A stretch of DNA of 58,658 nt, the filler included, from Globobulimina sp. (taxonomy: Eukaryota): assembly GCA_003354225.1 (NCBI GenBank). It is 8 parts of 8 records of this genome, joined end to end, with 100 filler letters (N's around TTAATTAATTAA, not from the genome) between each part and the next. Parts side by side here need not be neighbours in the genome. Positions count along the whole stretch, not along the records: positions 51,430 to 58,658 come from PIVH01000185.1; 7 more parts are not named here. One strand, written 5' to 3'. Below are positions 56,687-58,658 of the stretch, one piece after another. A model generated the notes under the pieces. That model was not told where the DNA came from. It saw only the letters and a list, made by a program, of their open reading frames with translations, and ran no database searches. Made by a program: the position numbers and the translations under genes. How positions within the stretch are numbered: the first letter of the stretch is position 1; each line of letters starts with the position of its first letter.

Positions 56687-56964
56687 ATCAGAAAATACAA
56701 TTATTTTTTTTTTTGTTTTGTTTTGTTTTCTTTTTTCAAAATTTGTCATACCTTATCAATCCGACTGCAATTAAAAACATTGTTTGCTAACTCACCAAAA
56801 TTTTTTAGTTAACACATTTCTTGTTGTCTTTGTCCATTGTTGCTTGTCTCAAATATTGTCACATGCAATTATTAGGTATGCAGTATGAAATAATTTATCC
56901 TTTAACATTCAAACAAGTAATCCTTTCACACTTTTGTGTAATGTGAATTTTAAATAAAACAGAA

Positions 56965-58191
56965 ATGGAACCGCAACAACAACAGTTACCACGCGACGAA
57001 GAAGAAGGGAGTGAATCAACTCCACCGCCACAATCGCCACAATCTCAAGATACAATAAATGAAAATAATAATCAACAACAACAAGCATTTGAGTTTACAA
57101 TGATTGAGTCGGTAAATCCACCAACTCCAAGAATCTTATCACTAAACCAATTATTACAAAATAATCAACAAAATACGGAAAACCATGCAACAGCAACAAT
57201 GATAAAATCAGAGAGCACTCAATCTCACACTCAAAATAATAACCAACTTCCACCTCAATTTAGTGGTTTCTCTGCTTCACCACATCATTATCATTATCCC
57301 CATCCCCAACCACATCCACATCTGCATTATCATCATAATCATAATCATAATCCATATTCTTTGCAAAATCCGTTCCAACCAATAACTCTTCGCTATGCAC
57401 AACCGATCCAATTCCCAATACCGCCACCATTACCATTTGCCAATGGCAATGGTCACAGCAATCATAATCAAATAATAATGTTTCCCTCAATCATGCCCGC
57501 ACCGCCTCCGCTAAATGAAGTGATGAATAATGCGAAAAATAAGAAAGAGATTTGCGAGACGGACATCTTTGGCATTGGCAAAAAGCGTAAAAGAGGCAGC
57601 GGCGGATCGGGATATGAGGGATCATCATCGGATGGCGATGGCGATGGAGATGGCGACGGGATCACTGGGTATGAGCCAGAGAGGAAAAAGATGAATGTGG
57701 CAGTGGATAATCGCCAATGTTGCCGTTATTGCAATAAATCATTTGTGCAGAACTGTCATTTGTCGCGTCATATTCGGGAGAAACACGCGTCGAGTACGCC
57801 AGCATTTGAATGTATAATTTGCAGTAAAAGCTTTAATCAGCGATCAAATTTGAAAGTACATTTACGATCACATGCATTGGATGAAAGTGTATCGCGGCCA
57901 TGGCTTTGTATCGAATGTTATCCAAATCGGCGATTTACGCGGAAATCTTCATTGAAAAGGCATTGGGTCAAAAAACATAAAACATTGTCGAAAAAATTAA
58001 TATCTCAACTTGATCATGACACAAATATTAAATATGAAACCACAAACATTAAAAATGAACAAATCAATGAATCAATACAAGAATTAAGATTTGATAATGG
58101 AATTTATCGAATTGGTGATATTGAAATTCCGCCTCAAGTCTTTATACAACAAAACAATTCAAATAATCTTCCACCACTACTTGATAATTAA
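56965..58191 (+). CDS. C2H2 zinc-finger transcription factor (3 fingers)
   Basis: CRYC..H..H, CIIC..F..SNL..H..H and CIEC..F..SL..H..H. Q/P/H-rich N-terminus; KKRKR NLS. Confidence 0.9.
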   Translation: MEPQQQQLPRDEEEGSESTPPPQSPQSQDTINENNNQQQQAFEFTMIESVNPPTPRILSLNQLLQNNQQNTENHATATMIKSESTQSHTQNNNQLPPQFSGFSASPHHYHYPHPQPHPHLHYHHNHNHNPYSLQNPFQPITLRYAQPIQFPIPPPLPFANGNGHSNHNQIIMFPSIMPAPPPLNEVMNNAKNKKEICETDIFGIGKKRKRGSGGSGYEGSSSDGDGDGDGDGITGYEPERKKMNVAVDNRQCCRYCNKSFVQNCHLSRHIREKHASSTPAFECIICSKSFNQRSNLKVHLRSHALDESVSRPWLCIECYPNRRFTRKSSLKRHWVKKHKTLSKKLISQLDHDTNIKYETTNIKNEQINESIQELRFDNGIYRIGDIEIPPQVFIQQNNSNNLPPLLDN

Positions 58192-58658
58192 CTGATTTTT
58201 GTCACTTTAATTCAAAATTGACAGTTTTCCAAAAACATTTGAGTTGAGTTGTTGATTTGTAATTATATGCGTGTCAAACCATGCTTTCTAAAGGATGTAG
58301 AAAGATACCGTTAGCAACAATTTATAGGAAAGGAATAACACCTGAACCAATAACAAATTTGTTGACAAATAATAATGTGTCGCATGTTCAGTCGTCCTCA
58401 GCAGAATTGAGTGAAGAAGCAGAATTAGGAGTTGATAAATTATTTCCTTGTGACGTATTACAAGCGCATTGGGCGTCTGAGATAATGGCAATGTGCCCCA
58501 AATGGATAACTTCCGTATCTTTGGTGTCTATGCAAATTCAAATTGACTGTCCATTGGAATATACAAAACCAATGTTATTATTTTTACGAAATCATCAACA
58601 TTCTTTTTTTCAACAAATGGATATGTTGGCTGTGGCTGATCACATTGGCGAGCCATTG

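Noticed and set aside
58288-58658. Minus-strand ORF fragments at the window end
   Set aside because: No consistent frame or recognisable motif.

Overview
This window is not one locus. It is eight unrelated contigs of about 7.23-7.26 kb, sorted by size and joined by 100-nt artificial linkers (N44-TTAATTAATTAA-N44). Seven contigs come from an AT-rich eukaryote with short GT-AG introns. The strongly divergent alpha-tubulin and the SPRY/TPR-type genes suggest a foraminiferan or other Retaria-like rhizarian (inference). Contig 1 is a decayed non-LTR retrotransposon with ORF1, an APE endonuclease, a zinc finger, RNase H and a (CTA)n tail, but no RT core. Contig 2 holds a spliced gene of about 1200 aa with Transib/RAG1-like DDE motifs; its two long introns are filled by related foldback palindromes. 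Contig 3 is a bacteriophage fragment, probably alphaproteobacterial (Cro-like HTH with three operators, DUF1064, DUF551, GcrA-like regulator). It carries a three-gene, terminator-bounded cassette resembling the holdfast-anchor/curli secretion module: an HfaA-like protein, an HfaB/CsgG lipoprotein pore and a secreted four-repeat Q/N-ladder amyloid-like protein. It also carries several candidate regulatory RNAs. Contigs 4-8 encode mTERF, a CenH3-like H3 variant, PP1 inhibitor-2, a calmodulin-like protein, divergent alpha-tubulin, a CHAT protein, a degenerate eukaryotic GGDEF protein, GTDC1/QTMAN, UEV, a TOG-domain protein, Ariadne and a C2H2 factor, plus pseudogenes and MITE-like inverted repeats. 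All family calls come from motif recognition by eye, not from database searches.
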